Shown: piece after piece, positions 1-8,972 of the stretch | Layout: every line of letters starts with the position of its first letter | How positions within the stretch are numbered: the stretch's first letter is position 1 | Source of the DNA: an uncultured Verrucomicrobiae bacterium | Lineage (GTDB): Bacteria; Verrucomicrobiota; Verrucomicrobiia; Limisphaerales; UBA11358 | Reading direction: 5' to 3' | NCBI GenBank assembly: GCA_963804345.1 | Contig: CAWDPX010000007.1 | Location: forward strand, 13,614-77,613 | Length of the DNA stretch: 64,000 nucleotides | Made by a program: the position numbers and the translations under genes | Notes under the pieces: model-generated | Databases searched by the model: none | Told to the model about the DNA's origin: nothing | Seen by the model: the letters and a program-made list of their open reading frames with translations, nothing else

Positions 1-324
1 TATTTTCTGGAAGAATTCGCCGGCGACGTGAAGTTTCTGGACGCTTCCGAGCCGGATGACGCGCCGCATTTGCTCGCAGTGCTGGCGCACGTGGCATCGA
101 AGGCGATGGGCCGGAAGGTGGTGTTCGATGAAGCGAAACTGTTTTTGTTGCGCGAGCACGGGTTCTATCACGGCAACGCGGCAGTCGCCGGGCGGGTGCT
201 GTTGTTTTTCTATTTCCAGGATGCCGACACGGGCCTCGCCGCACTGATTCCCGGAACTCAAGGGGCGATGGATGTCGCGCGTTTCCGGTTGACGACGGGT
301 TTGCCCGATCCGCGGAAGAATTGA
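1..324 (+). CDS. Hypothetical protein, 5'-truncated by window edge
   Basis: Frame 1 is open from base 1 to TGA at 322-324, with GC3-biased codons. Confidence 0.6.
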   Translation, partial: YFLEEFAGDVKFLDASEPDDAPHLLAVLAHVASKAMGRKVVFDEAKLFLLREHGFYHGNAAVAGRVLLFFYFQDADTGLAALIPGTQGAMDVARFRLTTGLPDPRKN

Positions 325-343
325 ATGGCAGGTCCGCCTCCGG

Positions 344-928
344 TCAGTCTTTGCGTTCGGCCAGCAGGCGTTCAATCCGGCGGTCGGGAATCAGCCACAG
401 GAGCGCCACAAACAAGTAGAGGCTGCAGGAAATCCACGGCCGGAAAAGCGCCACCGCCACCGCGATCGCATAAAGAACGGGAGACAGCTTCCCCTTGAAA
501 TCGCAACCGATGGCCGCCGCCAATTTCGAGTCACAGCCTTGTCCAGCAATGATGACGCTCTGCAGGATGTAATAGGCGATGGCCGCCAGCAGCAGGACCG
601 TCCCGTAAACCGCGGTGGGCACGGTCGTGAAATGATTTTCCCCCATCCAGCCGGTGACGAACGGAAAGAGCGACAGCCAGAACAGCAAGTGTAGATTCGC
701 CCACATCATCGCGCCGTTCACCCGGCCGGCGGCCTTCAACAGGTGATGATGGTTGTTCCAGTAGATGCCGAGGTAAACGAAGCTCAAGGCGTAGGTCAGA
801 AAGACCGGCAGCAGGGGCTTCAACACGGCGATGTCCGAGCCTGACGGCACCTTCAACTCCAGCACCATGATGGTAATGATGATGGCGAGCACGCCGTCAC
901 TGAATGCCTCCAGCCGGTTCTTTTCCAT
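344..928 (-). CDS. TMEM175/DUF1211 family membrane protein (K+ channel-like)
   Basis: N-terminal RLEAFSDGVLAIIITIMVLE motif, YWNNHH, several TM helices. Confidence 0.9.
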   Translation of the reverse strand: MEKNRLEAFSDGVLAIIITIMVLELKVPSGSDIAVLKPLLPVFLTYALSFVYLGIYWNNHHHLLKAAGRVNGAMMWANLHLLFWLSLFPFVTGWMGENHFTTVPTAVYGTVLLLAAIAYYILQSVIIAGQGCDSKLAAAIGCDFKGKLSPVLYAIAVAVALFRPWISCSLYLFVALLWLIPDRRIERLLAERKD

Positions 929-960
929 GCAATAATATTAACCGGAGACCCCATTTGTGC

Positions 961-1015
961 CAAAAAGATTGTTGCCGATAGTTGTTGCTATTGCGGCAGA
1001 ACCAGCGATATTGCA
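961..1015 (+). promoter_or_regulatory. Conserved promoter/operator block, copy 1
   Basis: CAAAAAGATWGTTGCCGATAGTTGTYGCTATTG is shared with 8456-8510; putative -35 TTGCTA and -10 GATATT. Confidence 0.6.
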
Positions 1016-1020
1016 CTCGT

Positions 1021-1140
1021 CTGTGTTAGATAGCTTAACGATTGCAAGGCATGGTGAATCTTCAGGTGAACTTCAGTTCAGTGATGATTTGAAATCCGAT
1101 TAACGGGAACAGTCTGACAAGAGCAAGGTTAGTCTCACAG
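1021..1140 (+). ncRNA. Putative structured cis-regulatory 5' leader RNA, copy 1 (upstream of RRM gene)
   Basis: Homologous to 8516-8633; closing stem CUGUG/CACAG; hairpins UGAAC/GUUCA and UCCG/CGGG; pairing-preserving differences between copies. Confidence 0.7.
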
Positions 1141-1151
1141 TTAAACATCAC

Positions 1152-1472
1152 ATGAGTAATAAATTGTTTGTAGGGAATCTTTCCTTCGACACCACTGAAA
1201 ACGACTTGCAGGACGCCTTCGCGGCGCACGGCACGGTCACGGAAACCAACCTGATGATGGACCGAACCACCGGGCGTCCCCGGGGTTTTGGTTTCATCAC
1301 CATGAGCTCGCCGGAGGAGGCGCAGAAGGCCATTGCGGCGCTCAACGGCTCGCAACTGGGCGGTCGCGCCCTCACGGTCAACATCGCCAAGCCGCGCGAA
1401 GAGCGTCCGGCTGGCGGCGGTGGCGGTCGTCGTGAATACGGCGGCAGCGGCGGCGGTCGCAATCGCTACTAA
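1152..1472 (+). CDS. RRM-domain RNA-binding protein with Gly-rich tail (Rbp-like)
   Basis: RNP2 LFVGNL, RNP1 RGFGFITM, Gly/Arg-rich C-terminus. Confidence 0.95.
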   Translation: MSNKLFVGNLSFDTTENDLQDAFAAHGTVTETNLMMDRTTGRPRGFGFITMSSPEEAQKAIAALNGSQLGGRALTVNIAKPREERPAGGGGGRREYGGSGGGRNRY

Positions 1473-1490
1473 TAGCGCTTGAGATTTCAC

Positions 1491-1526
1491 GGCGGGGCTT
1501 GGGTAAAACCAGGCCCCGCCTTTTTT
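1491..1526 (+). terminator. Intrinsic terminator
   Basis: GGCGGGGCTTGG..CCAGGCCCCGCC followed by TTTTTT. Confidence 0.85.
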
Positions 1527-1531
1527 GCGAA

Positions 1532-2812
1532 TTATTTCAGTCCCGTGACCTCGGCCTCGAAGGTCATCAGCGGCCTTCCGCTTTCAGCGACAATCTTCGA
1601 TCCCACAAACCGGATTCCCTTGGCGTAATAAATCTTCATTCCGGTTTTGGCCGAAATGTTCACATTCGTAAACGTCACGCCGGTAATGGGCGCTTCCGGC
1701 AAACCCCGGATCGTGCCGGCGGTCGGACAATCGGTCGCGGTCACGTTGCGGATGATGATGTTCTTGTTGAAGGGCGTCCGGTCGGTGATGGGTTCGGGCT
1801 GCTCGGTTGACGGGTCTGCGGGCGCATTCCGTTCCGGATAATAATCAATGATGTAAACCGGGTTCTTCACGGCCGTCATTTTGAGGTTTTCATAAGTGCA
1901 ATTCTGCAGCAAACCGCCATTCCCGCGTGATGTCTTGATGCGGATGCCGGCGTCGGTCTGATTGAAAGTGCAGTCACTCACCGTCAAATCCTCGATCCCG
2001 CCGGCGGTGCCTGAGCCGATGGAACATCCGTGCCCGTGCCCGAACGTGCAATTTTTGACCGTGTAATTTTTGTTCACCGGAGTGCGGCTGCCGGTGGGTT
2101 TGATGGCAATATTGTCGTCCCCGACATCAATCGTGCAGTCAGCGATGAGATAGTTCCATCCGGAAGGGTCGATGCCGTCGGTGTTGGGGGCATCCGCCGG
2201 CGACTTGATGGTGATGCCCTGGATCGTCACGTCCAGGCAATTCTGCGGCACCAGATGGAACATCGGCGAGTTGCACAGGGTGACGCCGTGGACGCGCACC
2301 CGGGTGCAATTTAAGAGCTTGATCATGAACGGCCGGTGCGCCGTGTACCGGCTTCCCCGAAAGGCCGTCCACCAGGCATTGCCCTGGCCGTCGATCGTTC
2401 CCTCGCCGCTGATTTCGACGTCATGTGCGCCGCTGGCGGTGATGCAGTCCTGATATCTCGCCATGGCGACCGGGTAATTCGTCATTTCGTCGCTGATTAA
2501 AATAAATGCGTCCTTGGCGAGATGCAGATTGATGCTGCTGGCGAGCGTGATTGGCTGGGTCAGAAATTTCCCGGCCGGAACCAGCACCGTGCCTCCTCCG
2601 GCGGCGGAAGCCGCATCGATTGTCTTCTGAATGGCGGCGGTGTTCATCGTCCTGCCATCGCCCACCGCGCCATAGTTGGTGATGTTGAAGGTCGCGTTGG
2701 GAATCACCGGCAACGGTATGTTTTGCGCCGGGACACCGAAGGCGCACGCGAGAACAAAACCGGCAACCATTGCGATAACACAAGTTTTGGAAAGACTCGT
2801 GTAAGAATTCAT
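1532..2812 (-). CDS. Glycoside hydrolase family 28 (polygalacturonase-like), secreted
   Basis: NTDGID, GDDNIAIK, GHGCSIGS, RIKT motifs; signal peptide. Confidence 0.93.
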   Translation of the reverse strand: MNSYTSLSKTCVIAMVAGFVLACAFGVPAQNIPLPVIPNATFNITNYGAVGDGRTMNTAAIQKTIDAASAAGGGTVLVPAGKFLTQPITLASSINLHLAKDAFILISDEMTNYPVAMARYQDCITASGAHDVEISGEGTIDGQGNAWWTAFRGSRYTAHRPFMIKLLNCTRVRVHGVTLCNSPMFHLVPQNCLDVTIQGITIKSPADAPNTDGIDPSGWNYLIADCTIDVGDDNIAIKPTGSRTPVNKNYTVKNCTFGHGHGCSIGSGTAGGIEDLTVSDCTFNQTDAGIRIKTSRGNGGLLQNCTYENLKMTAVKNPVYIIDYYPERNAPADPSTEQPEPITDRTPFNKNIIIRNVTATDCPTAGTIRGLPEAPITGVTFTNVNISAKTGMKIYYAKGIRFVGSKIVAESGRPLMTFEAEVTGLK

Positions 2813-2917
2813 TTCACAAGGGTAACGCCGTTCCGAAAAGCGTCAAGGTTTCAGCGCGATCCGCCAAGGCATGGGCGCACCTTGACACTGCGATAAGCCA
2901 GGTTGCGTCGTTTTGCC

Positions 2918-2985
2918 GGAACGCCGGATTCATCCGGCAGAACGCATAATTACGCCTGCCCGCTGCCGCATGAATGCGGCGTTCC
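2918..2985. repeat. REP-like paired palindrome
   Basis: GGAACGCCGGATTCATCCGGCAG ... CTGCCGCATGAATGCGGCGTTCC inverted pair. Confidence 0.75.
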
Positions 2986-3016
2986 CATCGCAGTGCCAAG
3001 TGCATCTTATGGCACG

Positions 3017-3556
3017 CTATGGCCGCGACACAAACGGATTGTCTTTGATGTAAAACCGCAAATGCCGCCTCGCCCAATGCCGGGCGTAATCCACACCCAC
3101 GCGCGGTCGTTTCACGATGGCAAACGGTTCGGCTTTCGGCGGCTCGGCGATGAAGAAATCGTCACTGAGCAGGTCGTGCGCGTTCAGGCGCCGGTCAATA
3201 TGCATTGCGCGGCAGAGCAGGCCGGGACCGCAGGTCCGGCCCGTGACATTCTTCACCAGCTCGATGGCGCGCAGCAGCACGGCGGACGCATGCCCTTCGC
3301 GCTCCGTCACCACGTTCATGCAGTGATACATCCCGTAGATGAAATAGACGTAGGCGTGGCCCGGCGGGCCGAACATCACTTTTGTCCGCCCGGTCAGTCC
3401 CTTGGCCGAATGCGCCGCTAGATCGTGCGGGCCGAGATACGCCTCCACCTCCACGATTCGGCCAACACGGTCCCCGTGGACCAGATATTTGCCCAGCAAA
3501 TCCCTCGCGACCGCAATCGTGTCCCGGTCGTAAAATGAGCGCGGCAACCTTCGCAT
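3017..3556 (-). CDS. mpg: DNA-3-methyladenine glycosylase (MPG/AAG family)
   Basis: GRIVEVEAYLG, MFGPPGHAYVYFIYGMYHCMNVV, GPGLLCRA, PRVGV. Confidence 0.93.
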   Translation of the reverse strand: MRRLPRSFYDRDTIAVARDLLGKYLVHGDRVGRIVEVEAYLGPHDLAAHSAKGLTGRTKVMFGPPGHAYVYFIYGMYHCMNVVTEREGHASAVLLRAIELVKNVTGRTCGPGLLCRAMHIDRRLNAHDLLSDDFFIAEPPKAEPFAIVKRPRVGVDYARHWARRHLRFYIKDNPFVSRP

Positions 3557-3636
3557 GGCGGCACTATACCAATTGCTGCAGAAAAGTCTCACGCTTTGGA
3601 GAGACTTTGGCGGGACGCCCGGTTAAATTCGCGCGC

Positions 3637-4995
3637 ATGAGTTCGCAACGGGTCATTGTGGTCGGTGGCGGTGCGGCGGGTTTTTTTGCCGCCATCACCT
3701 GCGCCGAGGCTGCGCCCGACGCCGAGGTGACGGTGCTCGAACGCGGCCCGCAGTTCCTCTCCAAAGTCCGCATTTCCGGCGGTGGCCGCTGCAATGTCAC
3801 CCATGCCTGCTTCAACCCGCGCGACTTTGCCACGCGGTATCCCCGCGGGGAAAAGGCGTTGCTGGCGCCGTTCCAGAAATTTTCCGCGCGCGACACGGTG
3901 GCGTGGTTTGAATCCCGCGGTGTGAAACTCAAAATCGAGGCCGACGGCCGCATGTTCCCCGTCAGTGATTCATCGGAAACCGTGGTTAATTGTCTGCTGC
4001 ACTCGGCCCGGGCGGCGGGGGTGAAGCTGCGACTGAATTGCGGTGTGGAGTCAGCCGTAAAAAATGCGGATGGAGGATTTGAACTGACAATCGCAAACAA
4101 AACCTCATCTCCCTCGCCTCCCCCAAGGGAGGAGAGGGGCGGGGTGAGGAGGCCGATTCAAATTGGTGAACCAGCCCCTCGCCCCGACCCTCTCCCCGAT
4201 CGGCGGGGCGAGGGAGAAACAACTGAACCGGAGACGCTCGTCTGCGACCGGCTGCTGCTCGCCACGGGCGGCTGCCGCGCGGCGGCAGCAGGACAACTGG
4301 CGGTGTCGCTCGGCCACACGCTGGAACCGCCCGTGCCGTCGCTGTTCACGTTTCGCACCGAATCGCCGTGGCTGCGGTCACTGGCGGGCGTTACCGTCGG
4401 CGCGGTCGAAGTGTCCGTGCCGTCGGCAAAACTGCGCGAGCGCGGGCCGTTGCTGGTGACGCACCAGGGCTTGAGTGGTCCGGCGATTCTACGGCTGTCG
4501 GCGTGGGGTGCGCGGGCGTTGCACGGATTGAATTACCGGTTTCCACTGCACGTCAACTGGCTGCCGCAGCTTCACGCGGAGGCGATTGCCGCCGAACTTA
4601 AATCACGCCAGGCGGCGCAACCCGCGCGTCTCGTCGTCAACGTGCCGGTGACGCCGTTGCCGTTGCGCTTATGGGAACAGCTCGTCCTGGCCGCCGGCAT
4701 CGCGCGCGACACGCGCTGGGCCGCGCTCTCGCGGGCCGCGCAACACCGGCTCGTCCAGCAATTGATCCGCACGGAATTCCCGGTGACGGGCAAAAGCCTG
4801 AACCAGGACGAATTCGTGACGTGCGGCGGCGTGCGATTGGGCGAGGTGAATTTCAAGACCATGGAGAGCAAGGTCTGCCCGGGACTGTTTTTCGCCGGTG
4901 AACTGCTGGACATTGACGGCATCACCGGCGGATTCAATTTTCAAGCCGCTTGGACGACCGGCTGGCTGGCCGGCAAGGCAATGGCGGCGAAGTGA
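3637..4995 (+). CDS. HI0933/BaiN-like NAD(P)/FAD-dependent oxidoreductase with in-frame palindromic insertion
   Basis: GGGAAG, KVRISGGGRCNVT, GRMFP, TGGFNFQAAWTTG. Confidence 0.92.
   Translation: MSSQRVIVVGGGAAGFFAAITCAEAAPDAEVTVLERGPQFLSKVRISGGGRCNVTHACFNPRDFATRYPRGEKALLAPFQKFSARDTVAWFESRGVKLKIEADGRMFPVSDSSETVVNCLLHSARAAGVKLRLNCGVESAVKNADGGFELTIANKTSSPSPPPREERGGVRRPIQIGEPAPRPDPLPDRRGEGETTEPETLVCDRLLLATGGCRAAAAGQLAVSLGHTLEPPVPSLFTFRTESPWLRSLAGVTVGAVEVSVPSAKLRERGPLLVTHQGLSGPAILRLSAWGARALHGLNYRFPLHVNWLPQLHAEAIAAELKSRQAAQPARLVVNVPVTPLPLRLWEQLVLAAGIARDTRWAALSRAAQHRLVQQLIRTEFPVTGKSLNQDEFVTCGGVRLGEVNFKTMESKVCPGLFFAGELLDIDGITGGFNFQAAWTTGWLAGKAMAAK
4108..4217. repeat. CCCTCTCCC-type palindromic element inserted in frame in the HI0933 gene
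   Basis: Terminal IR TCTCCCTCGCC/GGCGAGGGAGA with internal hairpins; translates as SPSPPPREERGGVRR...DRRGEGE. Confidence 0.8.
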
Positions 4996-5035
4996 ACCGA
5001 TGATTCCACGGGCTGCCATCGCATCCGGTAAAAGG

Positions 5036-7042
5036 TCAGACGCGGGATTCTGCGGGTGTCGGAAACCGGCGCTCTTTCTTCCACGCCCACCACAGAACCA
5101 AAATCGCACCCGCTATCAGAATGAAGCTGCACGACAGCAACAGCCAGCGATCCGGTTGGCGATATCCGAAATCCCGGCCTTGAATAGCCGTGTTATATGG
5201 AATTTTATTTTCCGCCAACAGGGTGAGTGTGGATTCATATGCCGATGTGATGTCAGCGGTATAACTCCTATGTCCTGGAATGGAAATCTCCATTTCTTTC
5301 GATCCGTTATTGTATTGAATGACTCCGGCCCGGGCGTTTTTGTTCTCTGCGATGATTCGTCGAGCTTCGGTCACGGAAATGGTCTGGCCGTAGATGTGAT
5401 GTAACGTAAACCGAACAAGCAGAAGGCTCATGGCGATCAGCACCAACGCGACGACCGTGCCAAATACCTTGTTCGCCGCTCTCTCCACCTGTTGCAATTT
5501 TACTATCTGCTGCGCATCCATTCCCTGCGGGTTGAATTTTCCCGGCCGGCGCAGGAGAACGACGCCGCCGATCGCGAGGATGAAAATGCAGAACAATGGC
5601 AAAAACCGGCCCGGCCATCCAAACACCTCGAAATCGCGGCCTTGGACGTAGGTTGGGCACTTGATGCCTTGTGCCTTGATCAGGGCAAGTGTGGCGTCAT
5701 CCACCGGCGCGGAGAAGCAGGCCTGCTTGCCGTTTTCCCGCAACCTGATCCAAAAATTACTGGAGCCGTTCTGGTATTGCGAAATTGAAAAAAATTCAGC
5801 TTCCTTACCCTTGCCATTCATGACCATTTTCTGAACCTCGGCAGTGGTTATATACTGAACCTTCTTGTTCGTGTCCGAGAGTGCAAGGCCGAGCAGGCTC
5901 GCCGTCCCAATCATCGCGATGATCACCCACAGGACAAACCGTTTTTTCTTCCCGGGGTTCTCCGCCACTTCCGGTTCATATGTGGGCTGCGACTGGAACT
6001 TCTGCCGACGCTGCCACGCCCACAGTATCAGAGCGGCCGGCACCACGGCATATATCAATCCCAGCCAAATGGTTATTCCGCCCATCACCCTTTGCCGGAA
6101 ATCGCCGGAAAAATCCACGGGCTGAATATTTAGAACAATAAGCAACAAGAACGGAAGCACGACAAATGCAGCCAGCGATCCGACCACAATGCGCCAGAAC
6201 GTGGCGACCGACTCGCGTTGCTGCGACGATTGCCGGGCGTCGCCGCCCATTTTGAACCCGAAAAAGCCACCCAGCAGCAGAATCGGACTCAATGCGGCAA
6301 TGGCTTGAAAGAACGCCCCCGCTCCCGTCGCCTTCGCCATCGCGCCGCCCTTGGTCGCGGCGGCGGTCGCCGTCGCCGCCTTGGCGGTCGCGGCCAGCAG
6401 CGGCAGGGCCGCCATCACGCCGAGCGTGAAGGTTTTGTCCGGAGCGGTTTGTTTCAACGCGCCGGCGACAAAGGCGAGGAATTGCTCCTGCAACAGCTTC
6501 CGCCCGCGCGACAGCCGTTGCTTCACCGCATCCTCGCTCAACTCCAAATCCTGCGCGACGGCCTCGATGGATTGGTGCTCGCGATAAAACAGAACCAGCG
6601 GTTCGCGATAGATTTCCGGAATGCGTTCGAGCGAGCGCCAGAGAATCGCCTTTTCCTCCTCGCTGATGACCTGGTCCGGCGGCAGCGGTTCCGGCGAGAC
6701 CCATTCATCTACTGCTTCCAACGATTCGGCGGCATGAACCGGCTCGCGCCCCTGGCGCCGGAATTCCTTGCTGATGAGAAAACGGGTGATGCTGCACAAC
6801 CAGGGCCGCAATTTGGCCGGCTCACGCAGATCCGCCAGTTGTTTCCAGGCGGACACGAAGGTTTCCTGGGCCAGGTCTTCGCTCTGGCTCACGTTGCCGG
6901 TGGCGCAATACGCCAGCGAGGAAATCAAGGTTTGATACCGTTCCACAATCTGGCGGAAGGCCTCCCGGTTTCCGTCCAGGCTTTCGGCCACCAGCTCGGC
7001 ATCGTTGAATTCCACAGTGTGCATTGCTTCGGTTGTCATCAT
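5036..7042 (-). CDS. ECF sigma-70 factor fused to multi-TM C-terminal extension
   Basis: Region 2 (DLAQETF..AW) and region 4 (REPLVLFY...VKQRLSRGR), Ala-rich linker, then TM helices. Confidence 0.9.
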   Translation of the reverse strand: MMTTEAMHTVEFNDAELVAESLDGNREAFRQIVERYQTLISSLAYCATGNVSQSEDLAQETFVSAWKQLADLREPAKLRPWLCSITRFLISKEFRRQGREPVHAAESLEAVDEWVSPEPLPPDQVISEEEKAILWRSLERIPEIYREPLVLFYREHQSIEAVAQDLELSEDAVKQRLSRGRKLLQEQFLAFVAGALKQTAPDKTFTLGVMAALPLLAATAKAATATAAATKGGAMAKATGAGAFFQAIAALSPILLLGGFFGFKMGGDARQSSQQRESVATFWRIVVGSLAAFVVLPFLLLIVLNIQPVDFSGDFRQRVMGGITIWLGLIYAVVPAALILWAWQRRQKFQSQPTYEPEVAENPGKKKRFVLWVIIAMIGTASLLGLALSDTNKKVQYITTAEVQKMVMNGKGKEAEFFSISQYQNGSSNFWIRLRENGKQACFSAPVDDATLALIKAQGIKCPTYVQGRDFEVFGWPGRFLPLFCIFILAIGGVVLLRRPGKFNPQGMDAQQIVKLQQVERAANKVFGTVVALVLIAMSLLLVRFTLHHIYGQTISVTEARRIIAENKNARAGVIQYNNGSKEMEISIPGHRSYTADITSAYESTLTLLAENKIPYNTAIQGRDFGYRQPDRWLLLSCSFILIAGAILVLWWAWKKERRFPTPAESRV

Positions 7043-7105
7043 ATCACCCGGTAAGCACCCGAAAAGGGCCAATCGGTGACAAAGAATCGCATTAAAAGAA
7101 TTTCT

Positions 7106-7136
7106 TTACCACGGATGAACACAGATGAACACGGAT
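7106..7136. repeat. ACCACGGATGAACAC-type repeat, single arm
   Basis: Same unit as the arms of the 12642-12788 element. Confidence 0.7.
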
Positions 7137-7152
7137 AAATGGCCGATTTTCA

Positions 7153-7341
7153 GTGAGAATATCAACTTACGAAAAATCGCTCTTGAAAACTGTGGTTGCG
7201 AAGGACGAGGCGGCGGTGAAATTTCTGGAAACCGGCACCAATGCCATGGGTAAAACGGCCCTGCCGCCCATGCCGCAATTCCGTCTCAACCACGAAGACG
7301 CCGTGGCGGTGGTGGCCTATCTGCGGTCATTGAAACGCTAG
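7153..7341 (+). pseudogene. C-terminal fragment of a cytochrome c-like protein
   Basis: PPMPQFRLNHEDAVAVVAYLRSL resembles a cytochrome c C-terminus; no CxxCH or signal peptide. Confidence 0.55.
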
Positions 7342-7410
7342 CCGCGAAGTGATTGGGTTATTAGCAATCAAGGCTTGTCATCCGGGCCGGGTGACGGGAA
7401 GCTCCAAAAC

Positions 7411-8334
7411 ATGACTGCGGAACCGATGCGTCCGGCCTGGCGATTCAACTCGCGCACAACGCGGCTGCTCATTTATTTCGCCATTCTCCTGGGCGTGGTG
7501 GTCTGGAAATACTGCCCGCGTCCCTGGACGCCGGCGCGAACTGTCGAAACACCGCACTACGTCATCGCTTCCACCGCGTCGCAGGCGCAGACCGAGGAGG
7601 TCGGGCGGGTCGTAGAGCTGCTTTATAACGCCTATTCCAATCGCTTTGGGACCCTGCCGACCTTTCGCCATGAACATCCCAGATTGAAGCTGCTGCTTTA
7701 CAAGGATCGCCGGGAATTTCGCTGGGTGAACCCGGGGCTGGGTTGGGCGGAAGCGTTTTACCGGCAGCCCTACTGCCGCGCTTATTATTCAGCCGATGAG
7801 TTGAATCCTTATCACTGGATGCTCCACGAAGCGGTGCATCAGTTGAACCGCGAAGTGGCGCAATTGGACCTCGTCAAGTGGCTGGACGAAGGGATCGCCG
7901 AATATTTTTCAACCAGTCGCATCCAAGGTGGCCAACTGGTGCCGGGGCGGATCGATCCGAACACCTATCCGGTTTGGTGGATGGATGAAATCGCGACAGC
8001 CCCCGACTTGCAGGCCAGCCTCACCAACGGCAGCGTCATTCCGCTGCGCGCCATCATCAGCGACCACGGCGGGCCGGGCATGAACCGGGAATTTAATCTC
8101 TACTATCTGCATTGGTGGACGCTGACGCACTTCATTTTCGAAAACCCGAAATACCGGGAATCGGCGATGGTTTTGTTGCAGCGGGGCGGTGGGCTCGCTG
8201 CGTTTGAACAGACCATCGGTTCCGTGTCCGCCGTCGAACCGGAGTGGTTCCGGCATGTCCGACGAATCAAAGCTGCCTTGGAAGGAAAAGACCGGAATTT
8301 CCACAAGACCGGCCAATTGCCGCCCGACCCGTAG
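7411..8334 (+). CDS. Membrane-anchored gluzincin-like (DUF1570-like) metallopeptidase
   Basis: HEAVHQ ... WLDEGIAEY; N-terminal TM. Confidence 0.75.
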   Translation: MTAEPMRPAWRFNSRTTRLLIYFAILLGVVVWKYCPRPWTPARTVETPHYVIASTASQAQTEEVGRVVELLYNAYSNRFGTLPTFRHEHPRLKLLLYKDRREFRWVNPGLGWAEAFYRQPYCRAYYSADELNPYHWMLHEAVHQLNREVAQLDLVKWLDEGIAEYFSTSRIQGGQLVPGRIDPNTYPVWWMDEIATAPDLQASLTNGSVIPLRAIISDHGGPGMNREFNLYYLHWWTLTHFIFENPKYRESAMVLLQRGGGLAAFEQTIGSVSAVEPEWFRHVRRIKAALEGKDRNFHKTGQLPPDP

Positions 8335-8455
8335 CGCCGGATAGTATCCCCCAGTGTTATCGCGTTGATGACGAATTGGCTGCAAATTGAACCGATGGCC
8401 TTGCCCGGTTCGATACAAACCGGCAGGTTTACCCTGCCATTGTTGGTGGTTAGGT

Positions 8456-8510
8456 CAAAAAGATAGTTGCCGATAGTTGTCGCTATTGAGGCTGAACCTG
8501 CCATGCTGTG
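8456..8510 (+). promoter_or_regulatory. Conserved promoter/operator block, copy 2
   Basis: Near-identical to 961-1015; putative extended -10 TGcCATGCT. Confidence 0.6.
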
Positions 8511-8515
8511 CGGGT

Positions 8516-8633
8516 CTGTTGGATAGCTTGTCTCTTTCAAGGCATGGTGAATCTTCAAGTGAACTGAGTTCAGTGATGATTTTAAACCCGGCGTTCGGGA
8601 ACAGTCTGTGGAAAGTACCGGTTTGTCGGACAG
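8516..8633 (+). ncRNA. Putative structured cis-regulatory 5' leader RNA, copy 2 (upstream of infA-DEAD helicase)
   Basis: Core CAAGGCATGGTGAATCTTCARGTGAACT..AGTTCAGTGATGATTT.AAA.CCG.....CGGGAACAGTCTG shared with 1021-1140. Confidence 0.7.
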
Positions 8634-8673
8634 TATAACGTCATGATTTCGTTCCCATTGCCGGTTTATCGCC

Positions 8674-8889
8674 ATGAAAGAAGAACATATTGAAGTGGAA
8701 GGTTCCGTCACCACCGTGCTGCCCGGCACCATGTTCCGGGTGGAACTGGCCAACAAACATCTCGTGCTGGCCACCATCTGCGGCAAAATGCGCAAACGCT
8801 GGGTGCGCCTGACCGTCGGCGACCGCGTGAAGATGGAGATGTCGCCCTATGATTTGAACAAGGCGCGCATCACCTGGCGGCTGCGCTAG
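8674..8889 (+). CDS. infA: Translation initiation factor IF-1
   Basis: [18 protein letters not shown]...VLA.I.GKMR...GDRV..EMSPYDL.KARIT. Confidence 0.95.
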   Translation: MKEEHIEVEGSVTTVLPGTMFRVELANKHLVLATICGKMRKRWVRLTVGDRVKMEMSPYDLNKARITWRLR

Positions 8890-8972
8890 AAACTGCCGCC
8901 CCCCGGTCCCGACCCCAAAGCTTCCTATTGAAAGCATGCCGGTGCATGCCCACCGTCAACCCATTTTATACC

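Noticed and set aside
1021..1140. Cobalamin or c-di-GMP riboswitch identity for the duplicated leader
   Set aside because: Only short words (GGTG, GGGAA) match; no B12 box or GEMM architecture, and the downstream genes do not fit
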